The position numbers and the translations under genes are program-made. Under the pieces are notes generated by a model that saw only the letters and a list, made by a program, of their open reading frames with translations, was not told where the DNA came from and did not search any database. Below, in pieces: positions 1-9,153 of a stretch of 26,442 nucleotides of DNA; the stretch's first letter is position 1, and each line of letters opens with the position of its first letter. This stretch comes from Armatimonadota bacterium (GTDB lineage: Bacteria > Armatimonadota > UBA5829): positions 1 to 26,442 of the forward strand of contig JAOAGX010000002.1 of assembly GCA_026415535.1 (NCBI GenBank), in the 5' to 3' direction.

Positions 1-1026
1 ATTCTAAGAGGCCACTCATTCGTCTCACTCTATTTGAATCCGGCCTATATGAATGATGAACGCTGGGCGGTCCTCGCCAGCATTATCAAGTGGGCACGTA
101 CCAACGCAGACATGTTGTTGAGCACTCAACCTCTTCTTCCAGAATCTTGGTTGGGAGGCAAGGTTCCTAAATTCACGGCAGTTGAGAAAATGCCTAGGGA
201 ACCTTATGGTTACGCGCACTGGAAAAACGGCAGGGGACTTGTGCTTCTTAGAAACCCTTGGATTGAGAAGGCGTTGTATCGTTTGAAGATAGACGTTGAC
301 TGTTTCCGCAAGATTCATTCCAAGCAACTTTCGGTGGTCAGCCTTTATCCGGAGCCTAGGCTTTATGCGCAAGATGTTCGGCCGGGCGATATTGTCGAAG
401 TTTGGCTTGCGCCTTATGAGACGGTTGTTCTATCGATTGATGTGAAGCAGCCAACCGACGGGCTCGCTGATGCGCGGCAGATGTTGGCGGGTGCTATCAA
501 ATCGTGTCGAACGAAGCACGAAACCAAAAGAGTTGAGCTCGAAGGGTTTAACTCCCCACTGGCATCGCAACTAATCGATAAAATGGGGAACTCTAAGACT
601 GCTATTGAATTTTGCTTGTCTTCGGACATAGAGATAACGGCGCCGAAAGCCGAGCTGCTGATTCTTATCGAGTACGACAAGAATGTTCCGCCCTATGCGT
701 CTAGTCTAGAAGTAAACGGAGCTGAGGCGGCGTTCTCAACTTCCGGTTCGGATACAGGGTGGAGTGCCTCATGGATGACCAAGGTTGATAATTGGGTGTT
801 CTTAAGAGCGCCGATATCGCCCGGTAAGAGTAGCATCGATGCCAAGCTTTTAATAGGCGACAATTTCAAGAGTGTTTCCGCCTGGATTTGGGCAATGAGA
901 GACAAACCTGCCGTTTCAGTTGGTTATCCAAATCTGTTGCCTAGCCCAGAAATTATCTCACTCGATTCTTGCGTCGTTCTTCCCGTGGTGACAGTGGAAA
1001 ACATGCCGGTTGCAAGCCAGGATTAG
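1..1026 (+). CDS. 5'-truncated hypothetical protein, C-terminal part of a putative glycosidase-like family often auto-annotated as enterotoxin or alpha-galactosidase-like
   Basis: Frame is open from base 1 (ILRGHSFVSLYLNPAYMNDERW...) to TAG 1024-1026, so the real start lies upstream of the window. The motifs LYLNP...W..LA..IKWAR.NAD.L, WLGG and PYGYAHW...G.V.LRNP match that family as I recall it. Function is inferred. Confidence 0.6.
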   Translation: MLRGHSFVSLYLNPAYMNDERWAVLASIIKWARTNADMLLSTQPLLPESWLGGKVPKFTAVEKMPREPYGYAHWKNGRGLVLLRNPWIEKALYRLKIDVDCFRKIHSKQLSVVSLYPEPRLYAQDVRPGDIVEVWLAPYETVVLSIDVKQPTDGLADARQMLAGAIKSCRTKHETKRVELEGFNSPLASQLIDKMGNSKTAIEFCLSSDIEITAPKAELLILIEYDKNVPPYASSLEVNGAEAAFSTSGSDTGWSASWMTKVDNWVFLRAPISPGKSSIDAKLLIGDNFKSVSAWIWAMRDKPAVSVGYPNLLPSPEIISLDSCVVLPVVTVENMPVASQD

Positions 1027-1098
1027 CTGAGTTCTGGTTAAGCTTCTTCGCGATCTGCGGAGCAGGAATCGATTGCTACCGCATACAAGATTGATCCT

Positions 1099-2970
1099 GT
1101 GAGCCGCTCGTCCGACCAACGTTCTGCCGAGTTTTTAAAGATTGCCGATCAGTTCAAGCTCGGCGTGCTTCTGACGGAGTCCTCGCATCCGGTTACCGCT
1201 AATTTGAGCGATGTGGCTAAGCGAGACATCAGTGCTGCGCTAGGGCTTTTGTTCGACGTAGACGGCGACGTTATCCGCAAGTACCGCGAATTTGTCGAAT
1301 CTGGCAGAGCCGAGGAGATTGCGAAGACGGTTGTTGATGCGCTCTCCTCCGGCCGGAGGCTGTTTTTCACTGGATGTGGTTCAACGGGCCGACTTTCCAT
1401 ACAACTCGTCTCAATCTGGCGTGATTTTTGGCAGAGACAAAGTATCGCCGGCGATGTGGCAGAGGATCACGTTGAGCCGTCTGGTGTTTGCGGAGATCTT
1501 GAGAACAGGGCAGTAAGCGTGATGGCTGGCGGTGACTTCGCGCTGATCAAGGCTGTCGAAGGCTTTGAGGACTTTGCCGAGTTCGGCAAGAGGCAGATTG
1601 AAGACCTTGGGGTTTCCGCGGGTGATGTGGTCTTTGCAATCACCGAAGGCGGCGAGACTTCGTTTGTGGTCGGAACGGCATGGAAGGGAGTAGAGGTTGG
1701 CGCTAAGGTCTATTTTGTTTACAACAACCCAGACGAGATTCTCATCGAGCACGTCAAACGCAGCAGAGAGGTTCTTCAGAGTCCGCTGATCGAAAAGATC
1801 AACCTTGCCACCGGTCCGATGGCCATAACCGGTTCGACTCGTATGCAGGCCACCACAATCCAGCTCTGCGTGCTCCTCACGATCCTAGAGATAGTTGTCT
1901 GCTCTATCTCCTCGTTGCTAGGTAATGGCAAAGGGATGTCGGAAATTCCCAAGCGCTTCCTTTCTGCCATCATCGAATTGCATAACACACTTCGCTCTTG
2001 CGAGCTTCGCGCACAACTCGCTCGTCTAGTCGCGATGGAAGAATTTGTCTATCGTCGCGGCCACAAAAACAACTACTTTGCCGACCGATTCGGCATTGAT
2101 GTTCTGGCTGACACTACCGAACGGTCTCCAACTTACTGCACTCCTCCCTTCCGCAAGTTCGACGACACAGATGCCGCGGAGTCATGGTCATTCCTCTATG
2201 TGCCGTATTCGGATTCCCCTTCGGCATGGCGACATATTCTTAAGCGTGATCCGAACTGCATTGACTGGAGCGAAGATGACGTGCGCAAGATGGTTGGTGA
2301 GGGGAACGTCAAGCGCCAGTATGAGGTTGTAAAGCGCATAGGGGAGCAAGAGCTGATGCGATTTAGGATTGGTCTAGATGGGCTGTCCGACCGTCCGCTC
2401 GGTCCCGGCGACAGCGCGGTTGCCATCTTCGATGAGTCGGAGCAGGAGGCGCTGTTTTCTGAGGGTGGTTTTTTTCGAAAACAACTCGAATCCGCCCTCG
2501 CTGCTCGAGCGCAAGCCGCTTTGATCCATGTCGGGTCTGAGCGGTCAATCGATCGGGTTGTCGAGTTCATCTCAAGCTGGAATCCCGAACTGACCACCGT
2601 GTTCTTGCCTGTTCCCGACACAGGCCTCCTGCTTGACGGTGTTACCCGCGCAGGGGTTAAGATGTTGCTAAACGCTCTTTCTACTTGTACGATGGTCCGA
2701 CTGGGTCGGGTTATGGGCAACTATATGATATGGGTCGTGCCGTCGAACCTCAAACTCATTGATCGCTCGACCCGCTACATCTCGCAGTTGACTGGTCTCA
2801 CGTATGAGGAAGCAAACCGACTACTGTTTGAGGTCGTCGAGTACGTCGAGCCACGCTGGAAGGCTGATCAGACATATCCGCCGGTTGTCGGCCTGTCCGT
2901 ATTGCGCGCTCGCTACGGTCTTACCAATGAGGAAGCCGAAATCCTTCTGTGGAAAGAGATGCGGGGTTAG
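1099..2970 (+). CDS. Double-SIS-domain protein of the MurQ / glucokinase regulatory protein (GKRP) family
   Basis: 623 aa. Motifs FFTGCGSTGRL, AGGDFALIKAVEGFED, EGGETSFV, TGPMAITGSTRMQATT and C-terminal KMLLNALST.TMVRLGRVMGNYM..V.PSN.KLIDRS are diagnostic of MurQ/GKRP. About twice MurQ length. Confidence 0.85.
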   Translation: MSRSSDQRSAEFLKIADQFKLGVLLTESSHPVTANLSDVAKRDISAALGLLFDVDGDVIRKYREFVESGRAEEIAKTVVDALSSGRRLFFTGCGSTGRLSIQLVSIWRDFWQRQSIAGDVAEDHVEPSGVCGDLENRAVSVMAGGDFALIKAVEGFEDFAEFGKRQIEDLGVSAGDVVFAITEGGETSFVVGTAWKGVEVGAKVYFVYNNPDEILIEHVKRSREVLQSPLIEKINLATGPMAITGSTRMQATTIQLCVLLTILEIVVCSISSLLGNGKGMSEIPKRFLSAIIELHNTLRSCELRAQLARLVAMEEFVYRRGHKNNYFADRFGIDVLADTTERSPTYCTPPFRKFDDTDAAESWSFLYVPYSDSPSAWRHILKRDPNCIDWSEDDVRKMVGEGNVKRQYEVVKRIGEQELMRFRIGLDGLSDRPLGPGDSAVAIFDESEQEALFSEGGFFRKQLESALAARAQAALIHVGSERSIDRVVEFISSWNPELTTVFLPVPDTGLLLDGVTRAGVKMLLNALSTCTMVRLGRVMGNYMIWVVPSNLKLIDRSTRYISQLTGLTYEEANRLLFEVVEYVEPRWKADQTYPPVVGLSVLRARYGLTNEEAEILLWKEMRG

Positions 2971-3060
2971 TTTTCTTATTGAAACCGTTGCGATATGGCG
3001 CAGACACAAGCTTTCTTGGCGACTGATGCTTCTCAACTAGGCGGTGGAACCGCAAAAAAA

Positions 3061-3216
3061 ACGCTTATCCCACTATCGATTTGGCTTGGAACTTGAAGAG
3101 GCATGTTTAAAACGGTGAGAATCGACGAAAGCTTGCTTGTCCCACTATACTTCGTGCTACGTCATGAGGAATTCGCAAATACTTGAGCCTCTCGGCGATG
3201 GATTACGCTTATCCTA
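3061..3216. repeat. Three short related motifs at exact 72-bp spacing
   Basis: GCTTATCCCACTAT at 3063, GCTTGTCCCACTAT at 3135, GCTTATCC at 3207. ACGCTTATCC is identical at 3061 and 3205. Confidence 0.45.
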
Positions 3217-3231
3217 GCAGCCGTCACGCCA

Positions 3232-3525
3232 CGTCGTCCTGAGCGAAGCGAAGGATCTCAACGCAACGTTTTGGTTTGCCGAACGCACGAGATTCTTCGC
3301 TACGCTCAGAATGACGTATTATGGTCTCCAGATTCTTCGCTATGCTCAGAATGACGAGCTTCTATGCCGGAATGACACGTTCTGTGTGTACCAAAACGAC
3401 GAGCAACTGGACTAGAGTGACGGACCTTCGGACTGGAATGACACGCTTCTAGAACGGAATGGACGAGCTTCTGGATCAGAACAAGAGGCCCGCGGACACG
3501 TCATCCTGAGCGTAGCGAAGGATCT
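3232..3525. repeat. Cluster of CGTC-tagged REP-like palindromic repeats plus a ~21-bp tandem array
   Basis: CGTCGTCCTGAGCGAAGCGAAGGATCTC at 3232-3259, inverted copies at 3289-3316 and about 3330-3356, forward copy at 3499-3525. About six degenerate GAATGACGAGCTTCT... units lie from 3349 to about 3480. Confidence 0.9.
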
Positions 3526-3575
3526 AATGCTAAGACTGAAGTTCTATCGGTGGCGAAGTGGGTGAGCACGGTAAT

Positions 3576-5546
3576 TCATAGACGTTCAATCTTAAACTCG
3601 CGCGTCTCGCCGTCCATATTGATCCGCACTCTTATTCGACCGTGTTTTTCCTCGCTTACGAATATACGCGCCTCTGGCAGCGGGCCGCATTCGACTTGAA
3701 TTAAAGCCACGAATATTGTAGACTTCGCTTTCCTTCGGACAATGAGCATTGATATCGGCGGTCTTGAGAAATTATCGTCACGCGGGAACTCGCACGTCAC
3801 AAGTTTAGTCCCTGGTTCTCCTACCATTGTCACGCGCGTGGTCAATCCGTCCTGATGTGCGCTGACGTACCAGTTGGTATCGATTGGTCTTGCTCTTATG
3901 TTCCGCAGCCAAGTCCAAGGAGCTTTGTTGCCGAGGTTTATTGGTTCGAACCCGTCGCCTGAGTCCAGAATTCCATCGTCTGAGCAAGTGTGAAACAGAT
4001 AGTCGTAAGTGTGTTCTGCATTTGATGACACCTGGAAAACGTCAAGGATAAACTCGTTTGTCACGGCGACCGTCCTTTTCATTTTGACTCCCGGATAAAC
4101 CAGACCATTTAGGTCCGCGACGGTGGCAAGCTTGAGACCGGGGGCATTTATGAACTCCAAGAGTTCCAATTTCTTTTCGATCAACGAGTGATCAATTCCG
4201 TCCACCATTACGGTGTTGTGGCACAGGGTTGATCGGTTGAGTTCGTTCTGAACATTGGATGAAAACGCATGCTCGGCACTAGGTTTGGCCTCGGCATCAA
4301 TTGCTATGTGCGCACCGCGTGCGAAAATCGTCAGACCCAGCTTGTCGCGGTGCGAATGGATGCCGTCTGAGTCAAAGCTTAGAAAGGCCGAGAACCCCTC
4401 GCCTTTCCAATAGTTGGTTTCCTCCTGACTTCTAAGTGCGACGTATCCGTGTTCTGGCCAGATGCGAGTCGCAATCCGTGGCGGCTTATCTTTTTCTATC
4501 TCCGTCTGTTCCCAGGGGAGCGCTGGGGTGAGGTCGTAGAACAACGCCTCCGCTGGAATTTCACTTTTCCTACCAAGAAGCCAGGCAATTTCCGGCATTC
4601 GGTAGGCGTTGTAAGCTGGATAGTATAAGTTAACCTCATCGAGTTTCAACCGGCGGCCGTAGGTATCGCCAATAGTAGGCAGGGTGAGATCCGGAAACGC
4701 GGTCTGTATCGGACCAAGCACCAGGTCCTTCAAACAACGTCCGTTTGCAAATCGATGGTTCCACAGGTCGAATGCGTTTCTTGTGTTCGCTAAAATGTTG
4801 GCAAACTGCACGAGCGGTTGAAGGGCCGTGAAGTGATAGTTGAGACTACCTTCGAACCACAGTCCATCGTCTCGGCTGCCGTTCTCAATGAGGTCCCGAA
4901 CACCTTGCTCGCTGTTGATGGCGTAATCCACGAGCTCGGCTTGATCGTAGAAGAGTCCGTATGATCCGATAAAGAGCTTGTGCCAGGCGAAGTGGTTGTT
5001 GTAAAGACCGCCCATCACATCTCTAATCCACCATTCGTCGTTTGCCTTGATTGCTTCTAAGCCTCTTCGGAGGAAGTCGTCTATCTCAGTAAGATCTTGC
5101 TCCGTGAGCATGTCAAATATGATGTCGTAGGCCACGAGTGCTGGTGTGAGCCAGGTGGACCAGTTTAGCCCGCAGTCAGGGTGGATCGCAAAGAATTCGT
5201 ATCCAGTGTAATGAAGCAAGACCTTTCGCACGAGGTCTGCGTATTTCGGTTCGCCGGTGGCGGCGTAAGCCAATGAAACGTCATAAGCCTTTCGCACTGG
5301 CCCGGCTACCGCAAACTGGGTGTGGTGGTTAACCTCGGGGTAGATATCTTGCCAATGCTTTTTGCTCGCTTCTTTCCACAAGTCTTTCTCGAACACGGGT
5401 AACGGCTCCTTTTCGAGCAATTCAGCCCGCGTTGTCAATCTGTCGATGACGACTTTTGCCCACGTCTCTTCGCAGACCCGTTTGCGCGCTTTCTGGATGC
5501 CAGGCGGTGTAATTATGAGTGACGGATGTTGATTAATGGTGTTCAT
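3576..5546 (-). CDS. Heparinase II/III-family polysaccharide/oligosaccharide lyase with N-terminal alginate-lyase-like domain
   Basis: 656 aa. Motifs YNNHFAWH, DGLWFEGSLNYHF, HSHRDKL and HNTVMVDG. GGAG SD upstream of the ATG. No signal peptide visible. Confidence 0.85.
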   Translation of the reverse strand: MNTINQHPSLIITPPGIQKARKRVCEETWAKVVIDRLTTRAELLEKEPLPVFEKDLWKEASKKHWQDIYPEVNHHTQFAVAGPVRKAYDVSLAYAATGEPKYADLVRKVLLHYTGYEFFAIHPDCGLNWSTWLTPALVAYDIIFDMLTEQDLTEIDDFLRRGLEAIKANDEWWIRDVMGGLYNNHFAWHKLFIGSYGLFYDQAELVDYAINSEQGVRDLIENGSRDDGLWFEGSLNYHFTALQPLVQFANILANTRNAFDLWNHRFANGRCLKDLVLGPIQTAFPDLTLPTIGDTYGRRLKLDEVNLYYPAYNAYRMPEIAWLLGRKSEIPAEALFYDLTPALPWEQTEIEKDKPPRIATRIWPEHGYVALRSQEETNYWKGEGFSAFLSFDSDGIHSHRDKLGLTIFARGAHIAIDAEAKPSAEHAFSSNVQNELNRSTLCHNTVMVDGIDHSLIEKKLELLEFINAPGLKLATVADLNGLVYPGVKMKRTVAVTNEFILDVFQVSSNAEHTYDYLFHTCSDDGILDSGDGFEPINLGNKAPWTWLRNIRARPIDTNWYVSAHQDGLTTRVTMVGEPGTKLVTCEFPRDDNFSRPPISMLIVRRKAKSTIFVALIQVECGPLPEARIFVSEEKHGRIRVRINMDGETREFKIERL

Positions 5547-5668
5547 CTCCGCTGGGGCGAATCGCAGACCAGATATGCATCGCCGCGAACGATTCGGCTA
5601 TTGGCCTGATTCTGCTTCTTGTTACTACTGGACTATGACACAATCCGATCAGGGTGTCAACACGGTGT

Positions 5669-5702
5669 TGTGGCTTGTGGTGCTTCAGCACCACAAGCCA
5701 CA
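5669..5702. repeat. Perfect 16-bp inverted repeat with 2-nt centre
   Basis: TGTGGCTTGTGGTGCT-TC-AGCACCACAAGCCACA in the divergent intergenic region. Confidence 0.85.
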
Positions 5703-5839
5703 TTCGAGAAGAAAAAAAGCAGCCCCGTCGTTGTGCTGAATAGTATAACTTTAGTGTCATTTGTTGAGTATCGGAACAAATGGGCTGAATCGGTAAGTAC
5801 ATTCAATAGTTGGCGGCTGATATCTGCTACACAGCGATT

Positions 5840-7810
5840 ATGTTCACACGGACTTGTCTTAGCCTGCTTTGCATTATTATATTCGGTCTCGCCTTGTCGG
5901 CGTAGGGTGCCGGCTTGCACGCGGCGGTGGAGATGAAGGCGACGGTTGGCTTCGGCGGAACCTTCAGGGGCAGTTCCTGGTCGCCTGTCATCGTGGACTT
6001 GCGCAACACGTCAGGCAACTAGATTGAGGGGATTCTCTCGGTCGAGCAGCTGGGCATTGTGGGTGGACAATGTGCCGAGTGTGCTGCCAAGGTTTTTTCT
6101 TCCATATCATGCTAGTAAGCGTTACTACACTTACGCACGGCTCAACCGGTTTGTGGAAAACTCCAATGTGATACTCCGGTGCGGCAGCAAGGTGATTGCC
6201 CAGGCGGAAGTGTATGCCGATCCGATTCCCGAGGATGACGTACTGATTGTTACAGTTGGCAGTCGTTCTACCACACTCAGCTTTCTCAACGGACTTACTA
6301 TTCGCTCAAGACTGCGGTCTGGTTCACCTCAGCAAAGCACGATCTCGACGGGTTTCATCCAATCAGATAGACTACCAGACCGGACGGCAGCCTATGATGG
6401 TGTTGATGTGCTTGTCCTGGCCGATCTTGATCCTGCGTCAGTTAATCCTAAGGCGCTTGGTGCCATTTCGATGTGGGTGGCTTCTGGCGGTGTCTTAATA
6501 ATCCCTACAGGGCCCGATTACCGTAGGTTTCAAAACGACTTCTACGACGATCTGCTGCCGGTAAAGCTGGTTGGGACAACCGATTTGCCGAGTATGCAAT
6601 CGCTTTCAGATTTGGGCAATTGCGCGTTCCCCCGGGGCCGGTGACTGTTGCTAGGGGGTTGCTCAAACCGGGCGTAGGTAGGGCGATAGCTTCGGAAGCT
6701 GGCGTCCCATTGGTTGCTAAAACCTCATACGGTGCGGGATGGGTTGTCTATCTTGCGTTCGACCTATTCGGCCAGCCGTATCAAAATTGGGATGGGCAAG
6801 CGGAGTTTTGGAAGACTGTACTCCAAGTAGTTGCATCGAACTTTCCAGCTGCGCGTACAATGAGCAGCATCGGTATATGCTCATTGCAAGAATTGGACCG
6901 GCTGCTTCGGAGGAACGGTCAGCTTTTCGAATACAAGACCCTTCTGAGTTTAGTTGCTCGGCACCCCGATGTTAAAGAGCCTTCAATCAACACGATAGGC
7001 ATTTTTCTTCTTTCATATCTCATCGTGCTTTTGCCGGTGAACTACTTCGTTCTGAGGCGCAAAAGGCGGTTGGATCTGGCATGGTTTACGACGCCGGTAG
7101 TTGTGTTATTGTTCACGGTCGGTGCCTATGCGTTAGGTTATGCAATAAAAGGCAGCCACCTCCGGTTGCGCGAGGTAAGAATAATCGAAGGGTCTCAGAA
7201 CGCAAGGTTTGCGAGTGTCGTAACGGATGCGTCTCTGTTCTCACCAGCGCGCCGAAGTTATGCCATTACCGTGGATGACTCTTACGCTATTGCCCAGGTG
7301 GTCCCCGTGTGGAAGAGCGACCAACAGCCTAGCGGTGTTCTGGACGAGAAGTGCTCGATGCTGGACCTTAGGATGGCGATGTGGTCTATCCGAGTGTTTG
7401 AGTCAGTGAGCGGGTTGGACTTAGGTGGAACCATTAGTGCCAATCTCCGACTCAACGGCACGCGCCTTCAGGACAAAATCCTCAATGGAACGCGAATATC
7501 GTTTTCCGGCTGCGTTCTGTGTTATGGCAAAAGCCGTGCCGAATTGCGAGACCTGCCGCCTGGTGCTAGTGTCTTGGTCGATCTAGACTTGCAAAGAAGG
7601 TCGACCGGCGTCTTGTACGGTTCAGAGGATTTGAACGATGCTTTACGAAGGTATGCGGGACTAATAGCTACCAAAGCTTCAGAACCAGTGCTGGTGGCAA
7701 AACCAAAGTTCGGATCTGTTTTCAGGGTGCATGATGTCATGACCGACATAGAGTCGGCAGCATATTGCGTCTTCCGGCTCGTTTGCGAGGGCCCATATGG
7801 GTCTACGTAG
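5840..7810 (+). pseudogene. Disrupted large membrane-anchored protein with class I glutamine-amidotransferase-like domain (ABC-module accessory protein)
   Basis: ATG 5840 gives a signal-like MFTRTCLSLLCIIIFGLALSA, then in-frame TAG at 5903 and 6020 interrupt a natural-looking VEMKATVGFGGTFRGSSWSPVIVDLRN. There is a +1 shift in the T6 run at 6093-6098 and a shift in the C5 run at 6629-6633. The fragments carry YDGVDVLVLADLDP...WVASGG.L...LLPV and the TM segment FLLSYLIVLLPVNYFVLRR. Confidence 0.8.
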
Positions 7811-8133
7811 AGTCTGAGCACAGTGAATGTGCGTGCTGTACGGTCGTACCAGACCTCAGCGAAGCGAACGGCTTGGGCGACCTGCACCACACATTTCACT
7901 ATCGACGGGTATGGATCTTGCCATTTTTAGAAGCCTGTTGTGAGCATGATCGCGTTTGTGGGACCTTAAGGTACGAGGCTACCCCTCCGTACAGTCTGAA
8001 GAACCCGAATTCCCAGGTTCTTAACTGCAAGACACGGCAGTGGGATATGGTCAGAGTTTTGTCAGGAAAGTGCACGCTTAACTCGCAGCGCCATGTGATC
8101 AGCTTACGCGGGGTGCTGGTTCAAGCTTTCTAA
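7797..8133 (+). pseudogene. Possible decayed coding remnant between the accessory gene and the ABC ATPase
   Basis: ATG 7797 overlaps the previous stop but is followed by TGA after six codons. Another frame stays open to 8133. No recognisable motif. Confidence 0.25.
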
Positions 8134-8202
8134 TTCGGAGGCTCCCAAGACTGTGACATTGCGCGCCAAGGCGGAAGTCAAGCTATTGCAGGAGGCCCGA
8201 CA

Positions 8203-9128
8203 GTGCTCAAAATCGAGAACCTGACCAAGACCTACGGCAAACTGACTGCGGTAGACAGCCTGAGCCTTACGCTCGACCCCGGCGATATTATGGGCTTCAT
8301 TGGTCCTAACGGTGCAGGCAAGACGACTACAATTAAGATAGTTGCGACCCTCCTGACCCCAGACTCCGGGACGGCCTACATCTATGAAATCGACGTGACA
8401 GCCTACCCGGAGGAAGTCCGACCATTGATCGGCTACATGCCGGACTCCTTCAGCCTCTACGACGAGGTGCTTGTCTGGGAGTACCTCGACTTCTTTGCAG
8501 CGGCCTATAAAGTCCCGCCGGCTAGGCGCAGGGGCTTGATCGATGACGTTCTAGAGCTTACGGGTCTGACCATCAAGCGTCAATCGCTAGTATCCGAGCT
8601 TTCCCGTGGAATGAAGCAGAGATTGTGTCTGGCCAAGACGCTTGTTCACGATCCGAAGCTGCTTCTGCTTGACGAGCCTGCCTCCGGCCTCGACCCTCAC
8701 GCTCGCATCGAGATCAGAGAGTTGCTGAAGGATCTCCGCAGGATGAGCAAGACGATCCTGATCTCCTCGCACATACTGCCGGAGCTTGCCAATTTCTGCA
8801 ACAAGATAGCGATCATCGAGCAAGGCAAGCTCATCGTGAGCGGTGACGTCGAATCGATAGTTGCCCAGTGTCGAAGGGGAATGGTGCTCTCAATTGGCTT
8901 GGTTGATCGACATGACGAAGCGGTCGAGTTTCTGGAAGGCCTTGGTACTCTGTGTGATGTCAGGCACAAGGACGGGTTTATATCCGCTAAGTACATTGGC
9001 GATCCGGAACTTGATTACATGTTTTGACCGCCCTTGCTAATAGTGGTTTCAAAGTGCGTTCGTTCACCAAAGTGCCGCTCAATTTGGAGGACGCATTCAT
9101 AAAAGCCACGTTCGGTGCGGTTCCGTGA
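8203..9128 (+). pseudogene. ABC transporter ATP-binding protein (drug/export type), frameshifted near the C-terminus
   Basis: Walker A GPNGAGKTT, signature LSRGMKQR, Walker B LLLLDEP, H-loop SSH. The ORF stops at 9027, but the typical tail VLTALANSGFKVRSF...NLEDAFIKAT.GAV continues in another frame to TGA 9126-9128. SD GGAGG upstream of the GTG. Confidence 0.85.
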
Positions 9129-9153
9129 AAGCCGAGATATGCAGGGGTGAAGC

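Noticed and set aside
1-1026. Toxin or virulence interpretation of the enterotoxin-labelled family
   Set aside because: The label is a propagated annotation as far as I know, and nothing in the sequence or its sugar-metabolism context supports a toxin.
3041-3061. GCGGT-GGA-ACCGC hairpin with A8 as an intrinsic terminator
   Set aside because: The A-run is 3' of the hairpin on the plus strand, so a U-tract does not follow the stem on either strand.
3232-3525. Repeat arrays here and at 12301 and 15478 as CRISPR arrays
   Set aside because: Units are contiguous tandem repeats of 15-21 bp without unique spacers, and there are no cas genes in the window.
5903-6022. In-frame TAG codons as pyrrolysine or stop-codon reassignment
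   Set aside because: The same gene also has frameshifts, and TAG serves as a normal stop for several intact genes in the window (1026, 2970, 22280).
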